From an uncultured Alphaproteobacteria bacterium (GTDB lineage Bacteria > Pseudomonadota > Alphaproteobacteria > Rhizobiales > Beijerinckiaceae): a stretch of DNA of 64,000 nt. Location: positions 62,872-126,871 of the forward strand of contig CAVXBE010000007.1 of the NCBI GenBank assembly GCA_963759925.1, in the 5' to 3' direction. Below, piece by piece: positions 21,888 to 30,579 of this stretch. Below the pieces are notes generated by a model, which was given only the letters and a program-made list of their open reading frames with translations, made no database searches and was not told the DNA's origin. A program made the position numbers and the translations under genes. The first letter of the stretch is position 1, and every line of letters begins with the position of its first letter.

Positions 21888-22340
21888 TCAGGCGGTGCGT
21901 TTCAGGGCGGCTTTTCCCGCTTCCTGCTCAATGAAGGCAGAGCGGCTGACGCCCCGGGCGCGCGCCGCTTCGTCGATGGCGCGCAGCACCCTCCGGTCCA
22001 GCATCACATTGACCCGCTCCTTGGGCGGGGCGATCTCGTCCAGCGGGACGTGTTCCAGTACCGCACCGGCGCACAGCCTGTCGTCCGCGACGACGTCCTT
22101 GATCTCGGCAACGATCTCGGGATCACCCAGCAGTTCCTTCAGCGTTCTCGCCGGAGGAACCGCTTCTCCATCGGCGCGCAATGCCGCGACGTGACCAGCC
22201 AAAGCCTCCTTCGCCTTGGCGCGCGCCTTGTCTTCCGTCGCTCCCGAAGACACGCAGCCCGGCAGGTCCGGAAACGTGACGCCCCAGGTGGAGGAACCGG
22301 GTTCAGGCAGATGGAGCAGGGCGAAGTAACCGGTCGGCAT
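21888..22340 (-). CDS. hicB: HicB antitoxin with C-terminal RHH
   Basis: WGVTFPDLPGCVSSG and RVNVMLD...IDEAA...SRSAFI. Confidence 0.9.
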   Translation of the reverse strand: MPTGYFALLHLPEPGSSTWGVTFPDLPGCVSSGATEDKARAKAKEALAGHVAALRADGEAVPPARTLKELLGDPEIVAEIKDVVADDRLCAGAVLEHVPLDEIAPPKERVNVMLDRRVLRAIDEAARARGVSRSAFIEQEAGKAALKRTA

Positions 22341-22368
22341 CAATGGCACCTGTCGAGGTTGCGGCGGG

Positions 22369-22557
22369 TCAGGCTTCGGATAGTCCGGCCTGCCGCCTTA
22401 CAGATTTCACGGTCTTCGGGTGCATGTCCCGGACCGGATGCGGCAACGTGACCTTGCCCGGCTTCGATGGATGCTTGAAGTGGTGATGGCTGCCCGTCAC
22501 GGAGTGCAGCATCCACCCATCCTGTAGCAGCTCCCTGATAAGCTCGCGGGAATGCAT
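22369..22557 (-). CDS. hicA: HicA mRNA interferase toxin
   Basis: 62 aa, GW...GSHHHFKHP...GKVTLPHP. Confidence 0.92.
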   Translation of the reverse strand: MHSRELIRELLQDGWMLHSVTGSHHHFKHPSKPGKVTLPHPVRDMHPKTVKSVRRQAGLSEA

Positions 22558-22574
22558 CGAGTCCGATCCGGTCG

Positions 22575-22595
22575 GATGTGTAAAAAATACACATC
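22575..22595. promoter_or_regulatory. Inverted repeat GATGTGTA-N5-TACACATC, likely HicB operator
   Basis: Perfect 8-bp arms 18 bp upstream of the hicA start. Confidence 0.7.
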
Positions 22596-22760
22596 AAGTC
22601 CAAAAACACAAGGCGCGATGGCCGGTGCCAGCCATGACTGCTCACGCAAATACATTCGTCCGCAGCTCATCAGCTGGGTAAGCATGCCCGCCGCGCGTGT
22701 CAGTGGGGCGACAATGCCACGGCTTCGGCCTATCAGGCGCTGAAGCAAAAGCTGGCTCCC

Positions 22761-23645
22761 ATGCTCGAATCGCCCCTGTTCCTGCGGCTCGTCCCGCTGA
22801 TCTTCACCTTCCTCTGGTCGACGGGGTGGGTCGTCGCCGGCTATTCCGCGCAGTATTCCGATCCGCTGACCTTCCTGGTGGTGCGCTATGCCTGCGCCGC
22901 CATCCTGATCACGGCGCTGGCCCTGGCGGTCGGGGCGCCATGGCCGAAGGGCCGGCGCGCGATTCTCGACTGCGTCGTCACCGGCATCATGCTCCACGCC
23001 GCCTATCTCGCCGGCGTCTGGTGGGCGGTTCGCCACGGCCTGCCGACCGGCATTTCCGGACTGATCGCCGGGCTTCAGCCGATCCTCACCGCGCTGTTTG
23101 CGCCGATGCTGGTCGGCGAGCGCATCTCGCTGATCCGCTGGCTCGGCATTCTCTGCGGTTTCCTGGGCATCGCCCTGGTGCTGGAGCCCAAGCTCGCAGG
23201 TGTCGCACCGGCCGCGCTCTGGGCGGTGGCGATCCCGGTCGTGGTCAATGTCGTCGGCATGCTCGCAGTGACCTTCGGCTCGTTCTACCAGAAGGCGCGG
23301 ATCGTCACCGGCGATCTCAGGACCGTCACGGCGGTGCAGTACATGGCAGCGCTGCTGGTGACGCTGCCCTTTGCCTATGCGCTCGAGCCCATGCGCATCG
23401 AGTGGAACCTGACCATGGCGCTGGTGCTGGCCTGGTCGGTTCTGGCCCTGTCGCTCGGCGGCATCGGGCTCTACCTCTTGATGATCCGCCGGGGCGCCGT
23501 CTCCCGCGTCTCCACCTTCCTCTATCTCGTGCCCGCGCTGGTCGCGGTCGAGGCCTGGTTCCTGTTTGGCGAGACGATGACCCCGCTGCAACTCGTCGGG
23601 ATGGCAGTGACGATAGTCGGCGTGGTGCTGGCCAGCCGCAAATAG
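22761..23645 (+). CDS. EamA/DMT family transporter
   Basis: About 10 TM segments, LWSTG, LQPILTA, YLVP, FGE motifs. Confidence 0.9.
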   Translation: MLESPLFLRLVPLIFTFLWSTGWVVAGYSAQYSDPLTFLVVRYACAAILITALALAVGAPWPKGRRAILDCVVTGIMLHAAYLAGVWWAVRHGLPTGISGLIAGLQPILTALFAPMLVGERISLIRWLGILCGFLGIALVLEPKLAGVAPAALWAVAIPVVVNVVGMLAVTFGSFYQKARIVTGDLRTVTAVQYMAALLVTLPFAYALEPMRIEWNLTMALVLAWSVLALSLGGIGLYLLMIRRGAVSRVSTFLYLVPALVAVEAWFLFGETMTPLQLVGMAVTIVGVVLASRK

Positions 23646-23717
23646 TGGGCACCTGCGCCCGGCCGCGACCTGCTGTCGCCCGTCGAAAGAGGGATTTCGC
23701 ATTCCCCCGATCTCGCC

Positions 23718-23732
23718 CTATGTTGCATTGCG
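23718..23732 (-). promoter_or_regulatory. Motif CGCAATGCAACATAG upstream of mcd
   Basis: Matches the motif upstream of ccr; embedded in CCCTAT...ATAGGG arms. Confidence 0.5.
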
Positions 23733-23749
23733 ATAGGGAGAGACAGACC

Positions 23750-25427
23750 ATGAGCGCGCAAGCAGCCCTGCATCAGACCGCCCCGACCACGGCCGTCGGC
23801 CTGATCGACGCAAGCCTTCCAGGTTTCGAGACCCTGCTGGAGCAGGCCACTGCCAGCGTCCGCCAGATGGTGCTGGTCGACGGCAAGATTTCTGCGTCTA
23901 GGCTCGAGGCCGAGCAGCATGCCGCCCACGGCCTCGCCTGGCTCGCCACCTATGTCATGGCGCTGCGCGAGCTGAAGGCCTATGGCGAGCGGCTGCAGGC
24001 CGAGGACCGCTACGGCGCCATCGAGGATTACGCGATCAGGATCGGCGCCGGCGAATACGCCGCGCAGATCTTCGGCGGCATCCCGATGAGCCAGGGCGAG
24101 ATCGTCCGGCTGCCGGCGCTCGGCCTCTCGCAAAAAGCCATTGCCGCAGCCCAGCACCGAGGCGGCCCGAACGCTGATCGCGGAAGGCAATACGCCGGAG
24201 AACCGCGCCCGGCTCGTCGAGCTGTTCAGCCAGAACCAGGGCTCGCCAGCGTCGGCGATCCCGGCCTCGACGAGACGCTGGAGGCGATCCGCAGCGAGAT
24301 GCGCCGCTTCTGCGAGGCGGAGGTGGCGCCGCATGCGCATGAATGGCACCTCGAGAACAGCTACATCCCGATGCCGGTGATCGAGAAGATGGCCGAGCTC
24401 GGCGTCTTCGGCCTGACCATTCCCGAGGAATTCGGCGGCATGGGCCTGGCCAAGGTCTCGATGTGCGTCGTCTCCGAGGAGCTGTCGCGCGGCTATATCG
24501 GCGTCGGCTCGCTCGGCACCCGCTCCGAGATCGCAGCCGAACTGATCCTCTGCGGCGGCACCGACGGCGCAGAAGGCGAAATGGCTGCCGAAGCTCGCTC
24601 GGGCGAAGTGCTGCCGACCGCCGTCTTCACCGAGCCCAACACCGGCTCGGACCTCGCCTCGCTGCGCACCCGCGCGGTGAAGGACGGCGACGATCTGGAA
24701 GGTCACCGGCAACAAGACCTGGATCACCCATCCCGTCCGCGCCGACATGATGACGCTGCTGGTCCGCACCGACCCCGACGCGGCCGGCTATCGCGGCCTG
24801 TCGATGCTGCTCGCCGAAAAGCCGCGCGGCACCGACGACGAGCCGTTCCCGGTCGCGGGCATGACCGGCGGCGAGATCGAGGTGCTCGGCTATCGCGGCA
24901 TGAAGGAATACGAGCTCGCCTTCGACGGCTTCGAGGTCAAGGCCGAGAACCTGCTCGGCGGCGTCGAGGGCCAGGGCTTCAAGCAGCTGATGCAGACCTT
25001 CGAGGCCGCCCGCATCCAGACCGCGGCGCGCGCCGTCGGCGTCGCGCAATCGGCCTTCGATCTCGGCCTGCGCTATGCCCAGGAGCGCATCCAGTTCGGC
25101 AAGACGCTGATCGCCTTCCCGCGCGTCGCCGACAAGCTGGCGATGATGGCGGCCGAGATCATGATCGCCCGCCAGCTCACCTATTTCGCCGCGCGCGAGA
25201 AGGACGCCGAGCGCCGCTGCGATCTCGAAGCCGGCATGGCCAAGCTGCTGGCCGCCCGCGTCGCCTGGGCCGCGGCCGACAACGCCCTGCAGATCCACGG
25301 CGGCAACGGCTTCGCGCTGGAATACCCGATCAGCCGCGTCCTCTGCGACGCCCGCATCCTCAACATTTTCGAGGGCGCGGCGGAAATCCAGGCGCAGGTC
25401 ATCGCGCGGCGGCTGGTCGAGGGCTGA
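23750..25427 (+). CDS. mcd: Acyl-CoA dehydrogenase with N-terminal extension, probable (2S)-methylsuccinyl-CoA dehydrogenase; several indels 24150-24700
   Basis: [14 protein letters not shown] extension, [48 protein letters not shown]; close to ccr. Confidence 0.8.
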
Positions 25428-25462
25428 GGGATGGGAGGCGGCGGGCGCGCCGAGCTGTCTGG

Positions 25463-25544
25463 CGTCATTGCGAGCGCAGCGAAGCAACCCATATCTCAGA
25501 GCGCTACGCTCCCCTGGGTTGCTTCGCTTACGCTCGCAAAGACG
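25463..25544. repeat. CGTC-type palindromic repeat, left flank of toxin-like cassette
   Basis: CGTCATTGCGAGCGCAGCGAAGCAACCCA...TGGGTTGCTTCGCTTACGCTCGCAAAGACG. Confidence 0.9.
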
Positions 25545-25576
25545 GTTGCGGAATTGCCACGAGCCTAGGCTCAACG

Positions 25577-25951
25577 TCACGAAGGAATATAGCGACCCTC
25601 GGCCAGATTGCGCAGTGTAAGCCTGGCGTCGGCGGTCTGGGGCATCCAGTTCATCTCCGCCAGTTCTTCTAGGTCGCTTATGGCCGCTTCGCGATCGATA
25701 GCGAGCAGAGCCGTGGCAGCCATGAGCCGAGCCTGAAGATTGCCTTGGCCGAGCAGAACCGTGAGCGCCTTGCGCTGGTCTCCCGGGCGACGTTTCAGTT
25801 CTGCCTCGATCGCCATGATCGCGTCGAAGCGGCGTTGGAGGGCCGCTATCCGCTCCTCATCGACATCGATCGAGAAGGCGATGCATTGGTCGCGATAGAG
25901 CCTGACGAGGTCTTCCGTAGAAGTGACTTCGAGATCGACGACACGCTTCAT
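25577..25951 (-). CDS. DUF2019-like helical protein, putative immunity protein
   Basis: ELKRRPGDQRKAL...NLQARLMAA..LLA...PQTADA pattern recognised as DUF2019-like; ATGA overlap with the upstream gene. Confidence 0.7.
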   Translation of the reverse strand: MKRVVDLEVTSTEDLVRLYRDQCIAFSIDVDEERIAALQRRFDAIMAIEAELKRRPGDQRKALTVLLGQGNLQARLMAATALLAIDREAAISDLEELAEMNWMPQTADARLTLRNLAEGRYIPS

Positions 25952-26730
25952 TTGAGTACCCCTGCATCACGCAATGCCTGCAGTCCAACACGTTGCCGCT
26001 CGGCCCAGTCACGGCCGCGCAAATACTGGCGTGGCGAAGCGCCGCCGAACTGGCTGTTCGGTGTCTGGTACCAGACCGTAATCTGCCTATGTCTATATAT
26101 CGGAACACTCACCACGTTTTCATAACCGTCGATAAGTGACCTCGGAAAGCCGTCGCGCGCCGCCGGCGTCTGTTCACTGATGTGGTGGCGATGATAACCT
26201 GGACGTGCGCTTTGAGCATTGAGACGTAGTTCCTCCAGGCTCTTGGGACCGTCTAGATGGGAGCGGATCGAGGGCAACTCCCCGACAAGCCAGCTTGCGG
26301 CCTCGATGGCCGCCCAGACAGCGGCGACGATGGGTGACCGCCGCAGAGCAAAGTGCGCTAGCCAATTCGCTGCCTGTTTGGCATAGCCGAGCCAGTTTGC
26401 GCGCCCAGGGTCCCTCTCGGGTATATCGGGCGGTTCCTCGTGCTTCGGGCCTTTATTGTGGCCCATGCCGGGGTATGCGATGACGTCGACGACAAGCGGG
26501 CGAGCGACGTCGCTCCCACCACCGCCATCGCCGGTAACCCACTGGCCGCCATCCGGGCTACCAGCAGGCGCCCGCGGCTGGTCGGGGTCGAATTCCTTGG
26601 CGACGAGCGCTCCGAGCCGGTCGAGCGCTGCCATCATCCGATCGCCGGCGATGCGGCAGATCAGGGCATTGTGGCGCCTGCGAAAGTCGCGCCTGTTGCT
26701 GGCGATGAGAGAGGGGTGAAGGCTCGGCAT
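25948..26730 (-). CDS. Putative polymorphic toxin: FDPDQPR-PAG-GGQW N-terminal motif plus His-rich HNH-like C-terminal domain
   Basis: FDPDQPRAPAGSPDGGQWV, GMGHNKGP, GYHRHHISEQ...ENVVSVPIYRHRQITVWY; more A/T-ending codons than neighbours. ORF is solid, function inferred. Confidence 0.6.
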   Translation of the reverse strand: MPSLHPSLIASNRRDFRRRHNALICRIAGDRMMAALDRLGALVAKEFDPDQPRAPAGSPDGGQWVTGDGGGGSDVARPLVVDVIAYPGMGHNKGPKHEEPPDIPERDPGRANWLGYAKQAANWLAHFALRRSPIVAAVWAAIEAASWLVGELPSIRSHLDGPKSLEELRLNAQSARPGYHRHHISEQTPAARDGFPRSLIDGYENVVSVPIYRHRQITVWYQTPNSQFGGASPRQYLRGRDWAERQRVGLQALRDAGVLK

Positions 26731-26782
26731 CCGACGCTGGTTCTCCGCGAAGGATGCGGAGACTAAGCATCTGAAATAATTG

Positions 26783-26807
26783 GGGGATAAGCGGTTGAGT
26801 TATCCCC
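26783..26807. promoter_or_regulatory. Inverted repeat GGGGATAA-N9-TTATCCCC upstream of toxin-like gene
   Basis: Perfect 8-bp arms about 50 bp upstream of the start. Confidence 0.5.
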
Positions 26808-26819
26808 GCCGAGGCCAGC

Positions 26820-26900
26820 CGTCATTGCGAGCGCAGCGAAGCAACCCAGATCTCAGAGCTCTACGCCCCTTGGGTTGCTTCGCTGACGCTCGCAAAGACG
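26820..26900. repeat. CGTC-type palindromic repeat, right flank of toxin-like cassette
   Basis: Same orientation and nearly the same sequence as 25463-25544, including the central spacer. Confidence 0.9.
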
Positions 26901-26934
26901 TAGAGCAAAACGAACGGGTGGGCGGCAGCCGAAC

Positions 26935-27783
26935 TCAGCCCGGCCGGCTGACGCCTTCCATGCGGATGCGGCCATCTGCGCCTTCCGTCCAGGCGCGGAT
27001 GGCGCCGTCCTCCAGCCGCTTGGCCTTCACTGTGAAGGGTGCGCCAGCGATTAGCGGGTTGATGCCGCGATAGTCGAGCTTGATCGGCGCGCCGCCATTC
27101 AGCGTCGCGATGATGTTGAGCATCAGCGTGGCCTGGATCGGCCCATGCACCACCAGCCCGGCATAGCCCTCCTCAGCGGTGACATAGGGCAGGTCGTAAT
27201 GAATGCGGTGGCCGTTGAAGGTGATGGCGGAATAGCGGAACAGGAAGACCGGGCTTGCCTCCACCTCCCAGGCCAGGTCGGCCGCCTCAGGCTCGGCCGG
27301 AGTGGCAGGCGCGGGCGGGGGAGCGGCGCCCGGCGTCGCCGCTTCGCGATAGACGATGTTGTGGTGCTCGCGCAGCGCCAGCCCGCGCGGGCTGATGATC
27401 TCGTGATCGACGGCGACGAAGCAGAGCGGGCCGGTGCGGCCGTCCTTGGCGGTGACATCGGCGATGGTCGAGCGCCGCGTCACCTCGTCGCCGAGGCGCA
27501 GGGGCGCGATCGTCTCGATCATCCCGCCCGCCCACATCCGGCGCGGCAGCGGCACGGGCGGCAGGAACTCGCCCCGGCCCGGATGCCCATCTGGACCCAG
27601 CGCCGCCATCGGCGCGATCGGCGGAGCGAGGCACCAATGCAGCGCCAGCGGCGCATCTTCGGCCGGGCAGGGGGCGAGATGCGGCGCAAAGGTCGCGTCG
27701 AAGCTCTGCATCAGCCGCTTGGTGATGAGGTCGGAGGCCTCTTCCGTGCGGCCGATCCAGGAGCGGAGCCTGTCGATATCCAT
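26935..27783 (-). CDS. MaoC/FAS1-type hydratase (itaconyl-CoA hydratase/HTD2-like)
   Basis: DGHPGRGEFLPPVPLPRRMWAGG, LFRYSAITFNGHRIHYD, LVVHGP. Confidence 0.85.
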   Translation of the reverse strand: MDIDRLRSWIGRTEEASDLITKRLMQSFDATFAPHLAPCPAEDAPLALHWCLAPPIAPMAALGPDGHPGRGEFLPPVPLPRRMWAGGMIETIAPLRLGDEVTRRSTIADVTAKDGRTGPLCFVAVDHEIISPRGLALREHHNIVYREAATPGAAPPPAPATPAEPEAADLAWEVEASPVFLFRYSAITFNGHRIHYDLPYVTAEEGYAGLVVHGPIQATLMLNIIATLNGGAPIKLDYRGINPLIAGAPFTVKAKRLEDGAIRAWTEGADGRIRMEGVSRPG

Positions 27784-27793
27784 GGGCGGAGCC

Positions 27794-28951
27794 TCAATAG
27801 GAGCGCGGCATGCCGAGCACATGCTCGGCCAGATGCGACAGGATCAGATTGGTCGAGATCGGCGCGACCTGATAGAGCCGCGTCTCCCTGAACTTGCGCT
27901 CGACATCATACTCCTCGGCAAAGCCGAAGCCGCCATGCGTCTGGATGCAGGCATTGGCCGCTTCGAAGGAGGCATCGGCCGCCAGCATCTTCGCCATGTT
28001 GGCTTCCGCGCCACAGGGCTCGCCGGCCTCGTAGAGGCGGATCGCCTCGCGCACCATCAATTCGGCCGCCCGCATATTGGCGTAGGCTTTGGCGATCGGG
28101 AACTGAATGCCCTGGTTCTGGCCGATGGGCCGGCCGAAAACCTGCCGCTCCTTGGCATAGGCCGCGGATTTCTCGGTGAACCATTTGGCGTCGCCGACGC
28201 ATTCCGCCGCGATCAGGATGCGCTCGGCATTCATGCCGGAGAGGATGTAGCGAAAACCCTTGCCCTCTTCGCCAATCAGGTTCTCGGCCGGCACCTTCAC
28301 ATTGTCGAAGAAGACCTCGGTGGTGGCGTGGTTCATCATGGTGCGGATCGGCCGGATCGTCAGACCCGCCTTCAGCGCCTCGCGCATGTCGAGGATGAAG
28401 ACCGAGAGACCCTCGGTGCGCTTGGCCACCTCCTCGCGCGGGGTGGTGCGGGCGAGCAGCAGCATCAGGTCCGATTGCGCTGCCCGGCTGGTCCAGATCT
28501 TCTGGCCGTTCACGATGTAATGGTCGCCATTGCGCTTGGCGGTGGTGCGCAGCGAGGTGGTGTCGGTGCCGCTGGTCGGCTCTGTGACGCCAAAAGCCTG
28601 CAGCCGCAGCTCGCCGGAGGCGATCTTGGGCAGGTATTGCTGCTTTTGCGCATCGGAACCGTGCCGCAGCAGCGTCCCCATAATGTACATCTGCGCATGG
28701 CAGGCCGCGCCATTGCAGCCCTGGCGCTGGATTTCCTCCATGATCACGGCAGCGGCCGAGAGCGGCAGACCAGCCCCGCCATAAGCCTCGGGGATCAGCG
28801 CAGCGAGAAAGCCGCTCTCGGTCAGCGCCGCGACGAACTCGCTGGGATAAGCCATCTCACGGTCGAGCTTGCGCCAATACTCGCCCGGAAATCCGGCGCA
28901 GAGCCTGGCAACGGCGTCACGAATTTCGGCGTGGTCGGCGGGATGCTGCAT
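27794..28951 (-). CDS. Acyl-CoA dehydrogenase
   Basis: ACHAQMY, FGVTEPTSGTDT, GMNAERIL, RETRLYQVAPISTN. Confidence 0.9.
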   Translation of the reverse strand: MQHPADHAEIRDAVARLCAGFPGEYWRKLDREMAYPSEFVAALTESGFLAALIPEAYGGAGLPLSAAAVIMEEIQRQGCNGAACHAQMYIMGTLLRHGSDAQKQQYLPKIASGELRLQAFGVTEPTSGTDTTSLRTTAKRNGDHYIVNGQKIWTSRAAQSDLMLLLARTTPREEVAKRTEGLSVFILDMREALKAGLTIRPIRTMMNHATTEVFFDNVKVPAENLIGEEGKGFRYILSGMNAERILIAAECVGDAKWFTEKSAAYAKERQVFGRPIGQNQGIQFPIAKAYANMRAAELMVREAIRLYEAGEPCGAEANMAKMLAADASFEAANACIQTHGGFGFAEEYDVERKFRETRLYQVAPISTNLILSHLAEHVLGMPRSY

Positions 28952-29079
28952 GACTTTGCTTCTCTCTGTGAGATTATGATTTGACCTCATGCGGGGAGGC
29001 CGAAGGAACATGTCTTCTGCGGGCTTACCGTGAATGCGAGCGCAGCAAAGCTTTCAGAGGCAAACGCTCACCCCGTCCC

Positions 29080-29165
29080 GCTGGGTTGCTTCGTCGCTGA
29101 CGCTCCTCGCAATGACGACTCGCCCAGCCCTCATCCTGAGGAACTGCGCAGCAGCGTCTCGAAGG
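29080..29165. repeat. Fused half-copies of the CGTC and CCTCATCC palindromic repeats
   Basis: TGGGTTGCTTCG...CGCAATGACG followed by CCCTCATCCTGAGG...CGTCTCGAAGG. Confidence 0.75.
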
Positions 29166-29188
29166 GCTCACGAGGGTGCAGGGGAGGC

Positions 29189-30334
29189 TCATGTCGAGGT
29201 ATCCCGGCCGCCAGCTCCGAATTCCTGCCGCAGCATCGCATCATGCGCGCCCAGAGCCGGTACGGGCCGCATCCGCGTGCGCTGGCCGTTGACGATGGCC
29301 GGTGGCGCCATCACCTCGACCGGGCCGACCGGTGTTTCCACGGCGAGCGCGGTGGCGGAAGGGTGGCTGATCAGGTCGCCGACGCTGGAGACAGTGCCAT
29401 AGGCGATGCCCTCCTTGTTCAGCGCAGCGGTGATTTCGGCGAAGGAGCGGGTGATCAGCAGGGACTGGATCGCCCCATCCAGCTCCTTGCGCTCGCGGAC
29501 GCGCAGGACATTGCTGGCAAAGCGCGGCTCCCCGGCCAGGGCCGGGCTCTTCAGCACGTCGCGCGCCAGAATGACCCATTCCCGCTCGCTCTGCACCGAA
29601 AGCAAGAGCGCGCCATCGGCCAGCGAGAACACGCCATAGGGTGCGATCGAAGGGTGGGCGAGGCCGAGCCGCGGCGGCTCGATGCCGCCATAGCGCCTTG
29701 TCAGATACGGCACGTTCATCAGATCGGCGATCGTATCGAACAGCGAGAGCGCGATATGCGAGCCCTCGCCGGTGCGCGCCCGCCGTAGCAGCGCCTCCAG
29801 GATCGCGGCATAGGCGGCCTGCCCGGTCGAGATGTCGACGATGGAAATGCCGATGCGGGTCGGCCCCGAGCTTTCATTGCCGGTAATGGCGGAGAGCCCG
29901 GTCTCGGCCTGCACCAGCAGATCATAGGCCTTGCGCCGATAATCCGGGCTGTCGGGCGCATAGCCCGAGACATCGCAGGTGATCAGCCGGGGATGGCGCT
30001 GGCGCAGGGCCGCGCTGCCGATGCCGAGGCGGTCGGTCGCGCCCGGCGCCAGATTCTGGATGAAGACATCGGCCTTGGCCAGCATCGCCTCGACCATGGC
30101 GAGGTCGGCGGGCTGCTTGAGATCGACCCGGCAGGATTCCTTGCCGCGATTGATCCAGACGAAATAGGAGGAGAGCCCATTGGCATACTCGTCGTAGCCG
30201 CGCGAAAAATCGCCCTCGGCCCGCTCGAGCTTGATGACGCGGGCCCCGGCATCCGCCAGCCGGCAGGTTGCCAGCGGCACGGCCACGGCCTGCTCCAGCG
30301 CCACCACCAGAATTCCCTCAAGAGCATCTGCCAT
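29189..30334 (-). CDS. CaiB/BaiF family III CoA-transferase
   Basis: LEQAVAVP, LADAGARVIKLER, NRGKES, KAYDLLVQAE. Confidence 0.9.
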   Translation of the reverse strand: MADALEGILVVALEQAVAVPLATCRLADAGARVIKLERAEGDFSRGYDEYANGLSSYFVWINRGKESCRVDLKQPADLAMVEAMLAKADVFIQNLAPGATDRLGIGSAALRQRHPRLITCDVSGYAPDSPDYRRKAYDLLVQAETGLSAITGNESSGPTRIGISIVDISTGQAAYAAILEALLRRARTGEGSHIALSLFDTIADLMNVPYLTRRYGGIEPPRLGLAHPSIAPYGVFSLADGALLLSVQSEREWVILARDVLKSPALAGEPRFASNVLRVRERKELDGAIQSLLITRSFAEITAALNKEGIAYGTVSSVGDLISHPSATALAVETPVGPVEVMAPPAIVNGQRTRMRPVPALGAHDAMLRQEFGAGGRDTST

Positions 30335-30403
30335 GCGCGCGCGCCAAATCCTGTCGAGCCTGCTTCTCGGGGCCACACGGCTCCTTCAGCGCTCAGCAGT
30401 CAA

Positions 30404-30470
30404 ATAGCGAATTTCGATAAGACCCATAGCGCAAAGCGGCTCTCTCGGCCGGACTATAGATTCTCGCTAT
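30404..30470. promoter_or_regulatory. Two LysR-type boxes (ATAG-N7-CGAT at 30404; ATAG-N7-CTAT at 30456) in divergent promoter
   Basis: T-N11-A interrupted palindromes between the divergent CoA-transferase and ABC operons. Confidence 0.55.
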
Positions 30471-30579
30471 GCCCCGCATCGCTTTATCCTTCTTGCGGGC
30501 CCTGCGCGCCCATGCACCCCTTGCCCTTAGGTTGCGCGCCATCAAGAGCGCGCTCCGTGAGGATATCAGGGAGAGCACC

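Noticed and set aside
22697-25672. 991-aa ORF that looks like a large fusion protein
   Set aside because: It is an off-frame read of the EamA gene joined to alternating in-frame and out-of-frame parts of mcd through the indels.
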